Part shown: piece after piece, positions 28,669 through 37,998 of the stretch
How the letters are laid out: every line of letters begins with the position of its first letter
Numbering within the stretch: the stretch's first letter is position 1
Assembly (NCBI GenBank): GCA_963745075.1
Contig: CAVUWV010000020.1
Coordinates: forward strand, 1-64,000
Origin: Candidatus Hydrogenedentota bacterium
Lineage (GTDB): Bacteria > Hydrogenedentota > Hydrogenedentia > Hydrogenedentales > SLHB01
Length of the DNA stretch: 64,000 nucleotides
Reading direction: 5' to 3'
The notes under the pieces: model-generated
The model's input: the letters and a program-made list of their open reading frames with translations, nothing else
Database searches by the model: none
Told to the model about the DNA's origin: nothing
Made by a program: the position numbers and the translations under genes

Positions 28669-28844
28669 GGCGAGGATTGGACACGGACCTGCACGGACGG
28701 GGATCGGAGAGGGCTGGGTCCGGCAAGCGGCCGGGTCAATTCCTACGGGAGCCATAGTTTCGGCACGATGCATATCCGGGGGGTAGTTGAATCCCTGTAA
28801 CAAGCCGGTGTCCACATCACGGCGTCTATTGGAGTACCGTTGAA

Positions 28845-30233
28845 TTGAGCATCCCCATTCTGTCCGGTTTTCAGGAGCTGGACCGCGCCCCGCGCCGGTT
28901 TCTCTATTTCATTGTGTTCAACGTGATTTCCTGGCAGTGCATCGTGGGAAACGCGCTGGTGCTGTTTGCCCGGTCCCTGGCGATCCCGGCCTCATGGGTT
29001 GGATTCCTGCTTTCCTTCATGCCTTTGTCCATGTTGTTGGTCGTGACGACGGCGCCATTGGTAACGCATTTGGGTTCGCGACGTTTGATGATGACCGCGT
29101 GGGGTCTGCGCTGCACGATCGTCAGTGGCATCTTCGTTATCCCGCTGGTATTGAGTCACTCCGGTTTATGGCCGGCGCAATTCGTGTTAATGGGTGCAAC
29201 ACTGGGATTCTGTCTCTTGCGCGCGCTGGGCGGCGGGGGCTGGTTTCCGTGGCTCCATGAGGTGGTCCCGGAACACCAGCGCGGAATGTACTTCAGCACG
29301 GAATGGTCCATCACGCAGATCCTCGGAGTCGTCGTGGCCTTGGGACAGGCGATAATCCTTCACGGTAATCCGGGGCTTAACCGGTTTCTCGTGTTGTACG
29401 CCGTGGGAATCGCGTCCGGGTTCATCAGCCTTATCTTCATGGCCCGGGTTCCCGGTGGGCGGGGTACGGGCGGGCGCATTACATTGGGATCCAGCTACGC
29501 GGCGTATGGCGTCGCATTTTCAGACGGATCTTTTTTGCGGTTCGTGGGCGTGGTCACGTTGTGCTTCTCCAGCATAACGTGGTTTACGGCGGCTTTGGTG
29601 TTGTACATGCGTGATGCGCTGGCGTTTTCCCCGCAGACGATCATGCTGATTATGGCAACCGGAAGTTTGGGGATCCTGTTGACGATTCGGCATTGGGGCC
29701 GTTACGCCGATCGTGCCGGGAGCAGCCACGCGATGTTGCTGACGCTCATCGGGCACGCCGGGAGTGCGCTCGTCTTTCTGATGCTCGCACCGCATACCTG
29801 GTGGACCACGGTGTTGCTGCTTCCGGCAGTCGTGCTGGCCAACGTGTTTGGGGCCGCGTTCAGTTTGGCGGCACACCGCGCGATGTTGAATTTCGTGCGG
29901 CCGTCAGGGCGGGTGGCGTACACCAACTTGTGGACCGTCGGAACCTCGCTCGCGTTGGGCATCACGCCGATCGTGGCGGGGTTTTGCATCGAGCACTGGC
30001 ATCTTTGGGGGTTTCGCGTGTGTTTTGCGACGTGCACAGTCACGGGCGTCATCGGCGCCGTATTAAGCCGGCTCGTGGTTCCCGACAGTGGTCCGTTGGA
30101 GCACACGTGGAGCAGCCTGATCAACCCGGCGTTGCCGGTGAGGACGTTGGGGCGTATTATGTGGATCACGTTTGGATTGCATGAGCGAGCGTGGGGGGTT
30201 CGGCTATCGACGGAAACTGGAAAGGAGAGTTAA
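28845..30233 (+). CDS. MFS transporter
   Basis: About 12 hydrophobic segments; WGRYADRAG loop motif; EVVPEHQRGMYFS. Confidence 0.82.
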   Translation: MSIPILSGFQELDRAPRRFLYFIVFNVISWQCIVGNALVLFARSLAIPASWVGFLLSFMPLSMLLVVTTAPLVTHLGSRRLMMTAWGLRCTIVSGIFVIPLVLSHSGLWPAQFVLMGATLGFCLLRALGGGGWFPWLHEVVPEHQRGMYFSTEWSITQILGVVVALGQAIILHGNPGLNRFLVLYAVGIASGFISLIFMARVPGGRGTGGRITLGSSYAAYGVAFSDGSFLRFVGVVTLCFSSITWFTAALVLYMRDALAFSPQTIMLIMATGSLGILLTIRHWGRYADRAGSSHAMLLTLIGHAGSALVFLMLAPHTWWTTVLLLPAVVLANVFGAAFSLAAHRAMLNFVRPSGRVAYTNLWTVGTSLALGITPIVAGFCIEHWHLWGFRVCFATCTVTGVIGAVLSRLVVPDSGPLEHTWSSLINPALPVRTLGRIMWITFGLHERAWGVRLSTETGKES

Positions 30234-30401
30234 TCGTGAAGGGCGGGAGTCTGGGTGACGCGGAGAGGCGCAGCCCATACGCCACACAATAGTAATTATT
30301 GTGACGGCTTATATTATCAAGAACTTTCGCAAATGGGAAGATACATGTGATATACTCGATTATATGTTGATTGCCGTAGCAATATTAAGGGGGAACGGAG
30401 A

Positions 30402-30722
30402 TTGACTGTGATAACGGATTACCCGCGGACACCGATGGACCGCGACGCCGCATATGTCCCACGCGGCAGGGTTTATGTGATACCCGGCCGGTGCAAGGGA
30501 TGCGGTTACTGCATCGAGTTTTGCCCGCAAAATGTGCTTTCGACTTCCAAGGATATCAATCCGAAGGGCTACCATTTTCCGATCGTCGCCGAGGACAAGG
30601 AAGATGCGTGCATTCACTGCGGATTCTGCGACGTAGTCTGTCCCGAATTCGCTATCTACACGGAGGAAGTTTCCGCTCCCGGAAGTGAGCCGTCGGAGGG
30701 CGACGATGCCAACGACGGTTAG
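30402..30722 (+). CDS. 2x[4Fe-4S] ferredoxin (2-oxoacid oxidoreductase delta subunit)
   Basis: CKGCGYCIEFCP and CIHCGFCDVVCPEFAI; start codon uncertain. Confidence 0.9.
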   Translation: MTVITDYPRTPMDRDAAYVPRGRVYVIPGRCKGCGYCIEFCPQNVLSTSKDINPKGYHFPIVAEDKEDACIHCGFCDVVCPEFAIYTEEVSAPGSEPSEGDDANDG

Positions 30723-31881
30723 TGCGTCTCCGAGCACCCCTCCACGAGTTATGACCGGCGAACATTTTATGGTAGGCGATCACGCGTGCGCGGAGGGTGC
30801 GCTTGCCGCTGGACTCGATTTCTTCGCCGGCTATCCCATTACCCCTTCGACGGAGATCTGCGAACGGCTAGCGCACCGGTTGCCGCAAGTCGGCGGTACC
30901 TTCGTCCAGATGGAAGATGAACTCGGCAGCATCGCCGCGATCCTGGGCGGCTCTTCAGCAGGGGCGCGGGTGTTGACGGCGACGTCGGGGCCGGGTTTCA
31001 GCTTGATGATGGAAAACATTGGGCTGGCGGCGATGATGGAGATCCCGTGCGTGATCGTCGATGTCATGCGAGGTTCACCGTCAACGGGATTGCCCACGTC
31101 GGTCGGCCAGGCGGACGTGTTTCAGGCGCGGTGGGGTTCGCATGGGGACTACGGCATCGTGGCGTATTCTCCCTCGTCGCCTCAGGAGTGTTTCGACCTC
31201 ACCATCCAGGCGTTTAATGTCGCGGACCGGTTGCGTATTCCGGCGTTCGTGCTGATGGATGAGGTCATCGGGCATATGACGGAGCGGGTGGTGATTCCGC
31301 CGGCGCAACAGATTCCTCGAGTGGACCGGAAGCGACCTGCACATCCGCCGGGAGAGGGGTCGTTTCTGCCGTTCGAAGCCGATGATGATTTGATCCCCCC
31401 GATGGCCCACGCAGGCGAAGGGTATAACGTTCACGCGACGGGTTTAACGCACGATGAACGGGGATACCCGGCCCTGAACGCCGACGCTCATGAAAAGCTG
31501 ATTCGACGGTTGGTGGACAAGGTGGCCATTCATGCATCCGAGATCACGCTTACCGAGGAGATCGGCATCGAGGATGCGGAGGTCGTCGTGGTCGCTTTTG
31601 GATGCACGGCACGTTCGGCCCGCCGGGCGGTTGCCTTGGCACGGCAGAAGGGTATCAAGGCGGGGCTGTTCCGCCTGATCTCGTTGTGGCCCTTCCCGGA
31701 GGAGCGCATCCGCGAGCTGGCGCAGCGCGAATCGGTGAAGCGTTTTGTGGTGCCGGAGATCAATTTGGGCCAAGTATGCCGGGAAGTGGAGCGGTTGACG
31801 CACCTGCCGGTACAGTCGATCAATCGGGCCGGTGGCGCGATGATCACACCGCAAACGATACTGGAGGTTCTGACTTCATGA
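30706..31881 (+). CDS. 2-oxoacid:acceptor oxidoreductase alpha subunit
   Basis: FAGYPITPSTE, QMEDE, TATSGPGFSLM, RGSPSTGLPT and WGSHGD motifs. Confidence 0.95.
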   Translation: MPTTVSASPSTPPRVMTGEHFMVGDHACAEGALAAGLDFFAGYPITPSTEICERLAHRLPQVGGTFVQMEDELGSIAAILGGSSAGARVLTATSGPGFSLMMENIGLAAMMEIPCVIVDVMRGSPSTGLPTSVGQADVFQARWGSHGDYGIVAYSPSSPQECFDLTIQAFNVADRLRIPAFVLMDEVIGHMTERVVIPPAQQIPRVDRKRPAHPPGEGSFLPFEADDDLIPPMAHAGEGYNVHATGLTHDERGYPALNADAHEKLIRRLVDKVAIHASEITLTEEIGIEDAEVVVVAFGCTARSARRAVALARQKGIKAGLFRLISLWPFPEERIRELAQRESVKRFVVPEINLGQVCREVERLTHLPVQSINRAGGAMITPQTILEVLTS

Positions 31882-32798
31882 GTGTTCCGGCTCCGGCAGC
31901 GACGGAAATCGTTGAAAAACATCCTGTAGATACCTTGCTCCGCGCGGATCGATTTCCCCACATTCTTTGTCCGGCCTGCGGGATTGGGTCGGTCATCCAT
32001 TGCTACGTTCAGGCAATCTCGGAATCGGGAATGGACCGAACCGAACACGTGTGTGTATCGGGAATTGGGTGCAGTGGACGAGCGGCGGGGTACATCAATG
32101 TGGACAGTTACCACACGACCCACGGCCGTGCAGTACCGTTTGCATTGGGGATTGCGGTCTACCGACCGGAACTGTGTGTGACGGTGATCAGCGGGGACGG
32201 CGATTTGTCGTCCATCGGCGGAAATCACTTGATTCATGCGGCGCGCCGCAACGTCAATCTCACGATCATCTGCATCAACAACTTCAACTACGGCATGACG
32301 GGCGGTCAGGCGGGGCCGACGACGCCACTCAGCGCGAAATCTTCGACAACCCCATTCGGCAGTTGGGAACGGCCGTTCAATCTGCCGCACTTGGCCCACG
32401 CGGTGGGCGCATCGCTCGTGTCGAGGTGGACGGTGCTCCACGTGCGTCAGTTGAAGGAAACGATTCTGACTGCGATGCACAAGAAGGGATTTGCGTTTAT
32501 CGAAGTCCTGTCGCCTTGCCCGACGGGATTCGGGCGCCCGAACGACCGCGGTGAAGGGTTGGAAGAGATGCGGCGCTATCGGAGGCGGTGCGTGATCGAT
32601 GACAACGCCTATTTGCCCGATATCGACATAGATATTATCGACGATAACAGCCCCATCGTGGTGGGGAATTTTGTCAATGTGGAGCGGCCGGCATTCCTGC
32701 CAGTACTTGGCACTCCCCGTCAGGAGGTCGCAAAGGTCTTAGCGGAAAATGCGAATCAGCGGACGCGCTCCCGGGAGTCGATTGGCCATGACCACTGA
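31878..32798 (+). CDS. 2-oxoacid:ferredoxin oxidoreductase beta subunit (TPP-binding)
   Basis: CPACGIG, SGIGCS, HGRA, GDGD..IGGNH, NNFNYGMTGGQ and SPCPT motifs. Confidence 0.95.
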   Translation: MSVPAPAATEIVEKHPVDTLLRADRFPHILCPACGIGSVIHCYVQAISESGMDRTEHVCVSGIGCSGRAAGYINVDSYHTTHGRAVPFALGIAVYRPELCVTVISGDGDLSSIGGNHLIHAARRNVNLTIICINNFNYGMTGGQAGPTTPLSAKSSTTPFGSWERPFNLPHLAHAVGASLVSRWTVLHVRQLKETILTAMHKKGFAFIEVLSPCPTGFGRPNDRGEGLEEMRRYRRRCVIDDNAYLPDIDIDIIDDNSPIVVGNFVNVERPAFLPVLGTPRQEVAKVLAENANQRTRSRESIGHDH

Positions 32799-33351
32799 AA
32801 CGTCTGAAGAAAGCCCCATCCAAATTCGAATTGCCGGGTATGGCGGTCAAGGTGTGATTCTGACCGGCATGCTGCTCGGCAAGGCCGCCAGCCTGTATGA
32901 CGCGAAGGAGGCGGTGTTCACCCAATCCTACGGACCGGAAGCGCGGGGCGGCGCGTCCAGTGCGGACGTGGTGATATCGTCCGAACCCATTGATTATCCC
33001 CTGGTATCCGAGCCGGATATTCTGGTCGCGCTGTTTCAGGAGGCGTACACGCGGTACCGTCCCATGCTGAAACCGGGCGGCACACTGATCGTGGAAAGTG
33101 ACTTGGTGCATACGAACGGCGATGCCAACGTCGCGGGACTTCCGGCTTCGCGTATGGCGGAGAGCATCGGGCGGCGCATCGTCGCCAACGTTGTCGTGTT
33201 CGGTTATCTGGTGGGCAAGACGCACGTCGTCAGTCGCGAGGCCGCCGAGAAGGCCATCGAAGCGACGGTCAAGCCCAAAACGCGTGAATTGAATATGAAG
33301 GCATTCGCGGCCGGGTACGCCCGGGCGGAGGAGGAGGAGGGTGCATCGTGA
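32788..33351 (+). CDS. 2-oxoacid:acceptor oxidoreductase gamma subunit
   Basis: AGYGGQGVI and QSYGPEARGG motifs. Confidence 0.94.
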   Translation: MTTETSEESPIQIRIAGYGGQGVILTGMLLGKAASLYDAKEAVFTQSYGPEARGGASSADVVISSEPIDYPLVSEPDILVALFQEAYTRYRPMLKPGGTLIVESDLVHTNGDANVAGLPASRMAESIGRRIVANVVVFGYLVGKTHVVSREAAEKAIEATVKPKTRELNMKAFAAGYARAEEEEGAS

Positions 33352-34754
33352 GTGATGCCGTACTGGTGGTCGGTGGCGGCATAGCGGGTCTTCGCGCCGC
33401 GTTGGATTTGGCGCATGCGGGCGCGCGGGTAGTCCTGGTGGAAAACAAGGCGACCGTGGGCGGAAAGCTCGCGGCCCTGCTCGAAGAAGGGCGCACGGCG
33501 CTGGATTTGCCGGAAGGCGCATGGCTGCCGACGTTGTCGCAGGCGGCATCCAGCCCGGCCATTGAGATTTTGACCCAGTCGGAAGTGACGGGCCTTACCG
33601 GAGAACTGGGAGAGTTCGCGGCGACCATTCGGTGCCGCTCGCGCTTCGTGAGTGATCTGTGCGATCGCTGCAACGTGTGCCGCCAGGTGTGCCCGGTCGT
33701 CCGGCCGAACGAGTATGACGCGGGGCTGTCGTTCCGCAAGGCGATTTTCAGTCCGCTCAAGAGTCCAGTCCCGCCGTCGTTTGTCATTGACATCGACAGT
33801 TGCCTGAACGATCCGCCGAATTATATTCCGTGCCAGCGTTGCGTGCAGAACTGCCACGTCAGCGCCATCAGTTTCGACACGCCACTTGAGAAGACGATCA
33901 CACGGGACGTGGGAAGCGTTATTCTCGCGGCCGGGTTCGACTTGACGGATGCGGAAGGCCTGGAGCGGTATGGCTACGGGAAACACCCGGATATCGTCAC
34001 GTCGCTTGAATTGGAACGTTTGTTTGCCGCGACCGGCACGACGGGCGGCTACGTGGAGCGGCCTTCCGATGAACGCGATCCGGAACGGATTCTCATGGTG
34101 CTCGCGGACGGGACCGATTTCACGTGGACGTATACGGCACGGCAGGTGAAACGGATGTTGGATCAGGCGTTGGAGGATGTGACCATCGTCTATGAGACGC
34201 CGCCCGAGAGCGGCAAGGGGCCCTCGTCGTTTCTCTCGGGATCGGTGCAGGAGAAGGCGCGGTTGGTTCACGGTTCCATTGAGGCGGTCAACACGCAATC
34301 GGGCAACGTGTTGGAGGTCGCTTACCGGGAGGTTTCTGCCAAGAGCGTCACCAAGGAAAAATTCGACCTGATCGTTCTGGCGGCGGCGGTGCAACCTCCC
34401 GTCGGATTGCAGAAGACCGCGGAGGCACTCGGGATACGGCTGGGTTCCGAGGGGTTCGTTCGGACCTCGGAAAAGGACGGCGCTCGCGTGGCGACGAGCC
34501 GTCCCGGCATCTATGCGTGCGGTTGTGTGACGGGGCCGAAAAACATCCACGAAACGCTGACCGAAGCCGGCACGGCGGTCGAGCAGGCGTTTCAACATGC
34601 GCGCCGGGGCACGCGCCGGACCGATAGTACGACTCCCGCACCCGAGCCTTCGGGCAATGGCGCGAGCGAGGCGGAGGTCTTCAGCCGCATGGGTCAGGTC
34701 GTGGAGACCTTGATCGCTATGGGCGAGAAACGTTTGTCGCGTTCCGACTCGTAG
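33348..34754 (+). CDS. HdrA-like FAD/iron-sulfur oxidoreductase
   Basis: VVGGGIAG FAD motif; inserted ferredoxin (CDRCNVCRQVCP; C..CQRCVQNC); RKAIF, YGYG, TSLELERL, TSRPGIYACGC and GPKNI motifs. Confidence 0.85.
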   Translation: MSDAVLVVGGGIAGLRAALDLAHAGARVVLVENKATVGGKLAALLEEGRTALDLPEGAWLPTLSQAASSPAIEILTQSEVTGLTGELGEFAATIRCRSRFVSDLCDRCNVCRQVCPVVRPNEYDAGLSFRKAIFSPLKSPVPPSFVIDIDSCLNDPPNYIPCQRCVQNCHVSAISFDTPLEKTITRDVGSVILAAGFDLTDAEGLERYGYGKHPDIVTSLELERLFAATGTTGGYVERPSDERDPERILMVLADGTDFTWTYTARQVKRMLDQALEDVTIVYETPPESGKGPSSFLSGSVQEKARLVHGSIEAVNTQSGNVLEVAYREVSAKSVTKEKFDLIVLAAAVQPPVGLQKTAEALGIRLGSEGFVRTSEKDGARVATSRPGIYACGCVTGPKNIHETLTEAGTAVEQAFQHARRGTRRTDSTTPAPEPSGNGASEAEVFSRMGQVVETLIAMGEKRLSRSDS

Positions 34755-34764
34755 TGGGCCCGGT

Positions 34765-35127
34765 CTATTGTTCGAACGAATCCAAGGTGTCGAGCATTTC
34801 GCGCACCTGACTTTCCATTCGGTCCAGTATATCGACCACCTCTTTGCGGGTTTTGGGGCGCCCTTCTCCAAGTAGTTCCTGTGCCAGCCGAATCCGTGCG
34901 CCTTCTGTGGAAAGCTTCTCGTGCCAGAGCAGTTGCTTGATGCGGCGGACGATTTCCACGTCTTTCGAGAGATAGAACCGCTGCTTCGTGCGGGTCCGGC
35001 CGGGTTTCAAGGGCGGGAACCGGCTTTCCCACTGACGCAGGACATAGTCCGGGACGTCCGTCATCGCGCTGACTTCGCTGATGCTGTAACGTCTTTCGAG
35101 ATGGTCTTTGGTTTGATGTGGGGTCAT
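34765..35127 (-). CDS. MerR family HTH transcriptional regulator
   Basis: YSISEVS..TDVPDYVLRQWESRF..L.P...QRFY motif. Confidence 0.88.
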   Translation of the reverse strand: MTPHQTKDHLERRYSISEVSAMTDVPDYVLRQWESRFPPLKPGRTRTKQRFYLSKDVEIVRRIKQLLWHEKLSTEGARIRLAQELLGEGRPKTRKEVVDILDRMESQVREMLDTLDSFEQ

Positions 35128-35202
35128 TTGGGGCCTCTGAAGAACACGGACTTTCACGGACACACACGGACGGTCACGGACAGACTCTGGGATGTCCGTT
35201 CC

Positions 35203-36090
35203 TCATTCCTCCAGCCAGTCCTGGGGCTTCAAGTAAACTTCCGTTAGCTCGGATTCCGGAGTTCCGGGAACCGGAACCCAATTATAGCGCCAATGGGCAA
35301 CGGGAGGCATGGACATGAGAACGGATTCGATCCGACCGCCGGATTGAAGGCCGAAAAGTGTGCCGCGGTCGTAGACGAGATTGAACTCGACGTACCGGGA
35401 CCGGCGATAGCATTGAAACTCGCGCTGGGCGTCGGTGTAAGGGTCGTCGCGATGCCGTTCGATGAAGGGACGGTAGAGATCGGGGAACGCCTCGCCGAGG
35501 GCGGTGACGAAGCGAAAATGGGCATCCTTATCCAGCCGGAGATGGTCGAAAAACAGCCCCCCCACTCCACGCGTTTCGTTTCGGTGACGGATGAAGAAGT
35601 AGTCGTCGCAGGCTTTCTTGTGGAGGGCGTACTCTTCGTTGCAGTAATCGCAGAGGGTCTTGAGGGATTGGTGAAACCGGACGACTTCGTCACGAACCGG
35701 GTAGTAGGGCGTCAGGTCCACACCGCCGCCAAACCACCACAAAGGGCCCGCTTCGAAGTATCGGACGTTCAGATGAATGGTTGGGACGTAAGGGTTCCAG
35801 GGATGAATCACGAGGCTGACGCCGGTCGCGGAAAAGGGTGTGTCCGGGGCGATGTTGAACTGTGTGGCCGCGGATCCCGGAAGGCTGTCCCCGTGGATCG
35901 CGGAGAAGTTGACGCCGCCCTTCTCGATGAGGGGTCCGCCTTCCCAGATTCGGGTAACGCCCCCACCCGTGCCTTTGTCGTAGGTCCATCGATCTTCGCG
36001 GAACGGCGCGCCGTCAGCCTCGACGAGGAAGCTGGCAATCCGATCCTGAATCTCGCGGAACTTCGTCTCGACGGCGTTAGTGACGGACAC
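35203..36090 (-). CDS. hemF: Oxygen-dependent coproporphyrinogen III oxidase
   Basis: EKGGVNFS, ATGVSLVIHP, WWFGGGVDLTP, RGVGGLFFD and RYVEFNLVYDRGTLFGLQS motifs. Confidence 0.96.
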   Translation of the reverse strand: MSVTNAVETKFREIQDRIASFLVEADGAPFREDRWTYDKGTGGGVTRIWEGGPLIEKGGVNFSAIHGDSLPGSAATQFNIAPDTPFSATGVSLVIHPWNPYVPTIHLNVRYFEAGPLWWFGGGVDLTPYYPVRDEVVRFHQSLKTLCDYCNEEYALHKKACDDYFFIRHRNETRGVGGLFFDHLRLDKDAHFRFVTALGEAFPDLYRPFIERHRDDPYTDAQREFQCYRRSRYVEFNLVYDRGTLFGLQSGGRIESVLMSMPPVAHWRYNWVPVPGTPESELTEVYLKPQDWLEE

Positions 36091-37916
36091 TAGTGTTCCG
36101 AATCCCCACTGCCGTCCGTCGTATAGACGGTCAGATTGGTGAGGCCACCGTCCCGGCGCGGGAACAGGAATTTGCCGAGGACATACCCGATTCCAAACAT
36201 GAGCGCGTGACCAAGGAATCCGACGTAGTAGTTATTGACGATTTGCGGTATGCCTTCAACCTGGCTGGCCAAGGCGCAGTAAAGCGAGAAGCACAAGGTC
36301 ACGACGATGCCCACCAGCATGGCTCGATCGTCGCCGACCTTTGTGAAGAAGCCGAGCAGGTAGAAGCCGAGCAGGCCGCCTGCGGTTAGTGCGGTCAACA
36401 CCGTGGCGGTATCTTGCAGCGTGGTGGTCTGCACGGCCATTAGGATCGTTGCTCCGACAATCATGACCACGGCAACAGCAACGCCGATGCCTTTGGCAAC
36501 GAGAGTGTAATGCCGGTCATCGCGGTCCGGCGCAATATGACGCCGGTACACGTCGACCACGCCGACAGCGGAAATGCCGTTCATGCTGGATGAGATGCTG
36601 GACATGGCAGCCGAGAGGACCGCGGCGATCACGAGACCTGTCAGGCCCTTCGGCAAATAGTGCACGACGAAGTACGGCAGGATGGATTCCGCTTTCGCGC
36701 CGTTCGCACCCGTATAAATCTGCATGGCGGCTTCCGTCGGCGAATGCATGAAGAAGATGTAGAGGGCGGTGCCGATAAACATGAACAGCGCCCAGGTAGG
36801 AACGCTGAAGAGCGTGCATACCAACATGGCGATTCGGGCCTGTTTCGTGCTCTTGGAGGCAGCGTAACGCTGAATGACGTTCTGGTTGGCGCTGTATTCG
36901 TAGAGCCAGTTGCCCACACCCATCACGAGGATCAGCAGGAACGTCTTGTCCTTCCAATCGGAAGGCGAGATGGGAACGGATTTGATGGGTTCGAGTTTGA
37001 TCTCGCGAACGCGGGTCACTTCTTCCTTTACCTCAGGATTATCGGGTGAGGGGACCTGTTCCTTCACGAGCGCCAGGACATGGGGCGGATTGGCGATCTC
37101 ACGGATGACCGTGAATGCACCCGGGGCGTTATCCGTATGGTCAAATTGGACGCGTTCGTAACCGTGGGCAGCGGGATCCTGAAACAGGGCCATGGTCTCG
37201 GGGGGAATCTGCTCACCTTCTTTGGCTTCTGCGACCACGTCAGCGAGATGACTCATCTTACCTTGATGTATGGCTTCCGTCGTGATCGTGTGCAAGCCGC
37301 CGGGGGTGTCGCCAATGATTACGAAAAGGGCAATCAATCCGCCGGTAAACAGCACGATCGCCTGAATGAAGTCGGTCCACAGCACGGCCCGGATACCGCC
37401 GAGGACCGTGTAGAACGAGGTTACGATCCCGCCGGCCAAAATGCAGTAGTACGGATTCCAGCCCAGGATTTCCTTGACGAGCAGCGATACCAGGAAGAGA
37501 ATCAGGGCAACGCGAATGACTTGATTGACGATGAAGGCGCAGGCCGCGTAGAGGCGAGTCTTGGGGCCGAATCGCTCTTCAAGGTATTCATAGGCCGAGG
37601 TAATGTGGGAATAGCGAAAGAAAGGGAGAAAGAAGTACGCCGCGAACAGCACGACGATCGGCAGCATGTAGTTCGGCGACATGCGGTACCAGGCGGCTTT
37701 GTATCCATCACCGGGATAGGCCACGAAGGTGATGGAACTGATGGACGTGGCGAACATGGAGAAACCGACGAGCCAACCGGGGAAGGACCGATCCCCGAGG
37801 AAGTATCCTTCGGTCGTTCGAGACTTGCTCGCGAAAAGCGGCCCCATGGCCGCCATGGCCCCAAAATAGCCAAACAAAACAACGTAATCGACTACACTAA
37901 ACCCATTCCCATTCAT
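36090..37916 (-). CDS. Sodium:solute symporter family transporter
   Basis: YFLGDRSFP, SAYEYLEERFG, GGIRAVLWTDFIQ, NQNVIQRY and AAMSSISS motifs. Confidence 0.93.
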   Translation of the reverse strand: MNGNGFSVVDYVVLFGYFGAMAAMGPLFASKSRTTEGYFLGDRSFPGWLVGFSMFATSISSITFVAYPGDGYKAAWYRMSPNYMLPIVVLFAAYFFLPFFRYSHITSAYEYLEERFGPKTRLYAACAFIVNQVIRVALILFLVSLLVKEILGWNPYYCILAGGIVTSFYTVLGGIRAVLWTDFIQAIVLFTGGLIALFVIIGDTPGGLHTITTEAIHQGKMSHLADVVAEAKEGEQIPPETMALFQDPAAHGYERVQFDHTDNAPGAFTVIREIANPPHVLALVKEQVPSPDNPEVKEEVTRVREIKLEPIKSVPISPSDWKDKTFLLILVMGVGNWLYEYSANQNVIQRYAASKSTKQARIAMLVCTLFSVPTWALFMFIGTALYIFFMHSPTEAAMQIYTGANGAKAESILPYFVVHYLPKGLTGLVIAAVLSAAMSSISSSMNGISAVGVVDVYRRHIAPDRDDRHYTLVAKGIGVAVAVVMIVGATILMAVQTTTLQDTATVLTALTAGGLLGFYLLGFFTKVGDDRAMLVGIVVTLCFSLYCALASQVEGIPQIVNNYYVGFLGHALMFGIGYVLGKFLFPRRDGGLTNLTVYTTDGSGDSEH

Positions 37917-37998
37917 TGGTAGCCCCCGCCCGTTGAGGTATGTGTCGTTGCATCGGCGGTCAACCCTAGCAGGTTGGCCGAGCACGATCAAGGCATGG

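Noticed and set aside
33204..34871. 555-aa antisense ORF (likewise 17168-18382, 20182-21336, 59671-60951 and off-frame 51200-52768)
   Set aside because: These are shadow ORFs overlapping well-supported genes, as expected in GC-rich DNA, and they show no motifs.
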